Assembly: GCA_028534125.1 (NCBI GenBank)
Contig: CM052817.1
Location: 53,446,001-53,510,000, forward strand
Source of the DNA: Lama glama
Taxonomy: Eukaryota
Reading direction: 5' to 3'
Length of the DNA: 64,000 nt
The notes below the pieces were generated by a model. That model was given only the letters and a program-made list of their open reading frames with translations. It had not been told where the DNA came from and made no database searches. Below, in pieces: positions 63,797 through 64,000 of the stretch (position 1 is the stretch's first letter; each line of letters opens with the position of its first letter). Position numbers and translations under genes: made by a program.

Positions 63797-63944
63797 TGGG
63801 AAGGTATAGCTCAGTGGTAGACTGCATGCCTAGCATACATGAGGTCCTAGGTTCAATTCCCAGAACTTCCATTAAAAAATGAATAAATCTAATTACTTCC
63901 CATCCTAAATAAAACAAATAAAAAACAAACAAACAAAAACAAAT
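63797..63944 (+). mobile_element. tRNA-Ala-derived SINE, long form (camelid vic-1-like)
   Basis: gggaaggtatagctcagtggtagactgcatgcctagcatacatgaggtcctaggttcaattcccag, non-tRNA tail aataaatctaattacttccc and an A-rich end; perfect 10-bp TSD agagagaagg at 63787-63796 and 63945-63954. Confidence 0.92.
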
Positions 63945-64000
63945 AGAGAGAAGGGATGCACTCAGAGCAGAGAGCCCTAGGCCCTAGAAAACAACACTGA

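Overview
This window is AT-rich, CpG-depleted placental-mammal DNA (intergenic or deep intronic), made mostly of decayed transposable elements, with a 500-N assembly gap at 5696-6195. Three tRNA-Ala-derived SINEs of the vic-1 type point to a camelid genome (inference). The main elements are: an ancient hAT/Charlie transposon whose minus-strand transposase relic resembles the domesticated SCAND3/ZBED9 (Buster) transposase (2366-4320); an ERV1-class internal region with its 3' LTR (about 4760-10119); a near full-length, dead LINE-1 (about 21930-29216) that appears chimeric, switching to an older L1MC-type 3' end at about 28211; and many MaLR/ERVL LTRs, L2, MIR, HAL1, Tigger and MER58 fragments plus microsatellites. 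No intact protein-coding gene was recognised. One stop-free 177-nt candidate exon (17497-17673) and a few motif-rich non-repeat stretches deserve follow-up. I found no convincing new biological system. Family names come from remembered consensus sequences, not a database search, and boundaries of old repeats are approximate.
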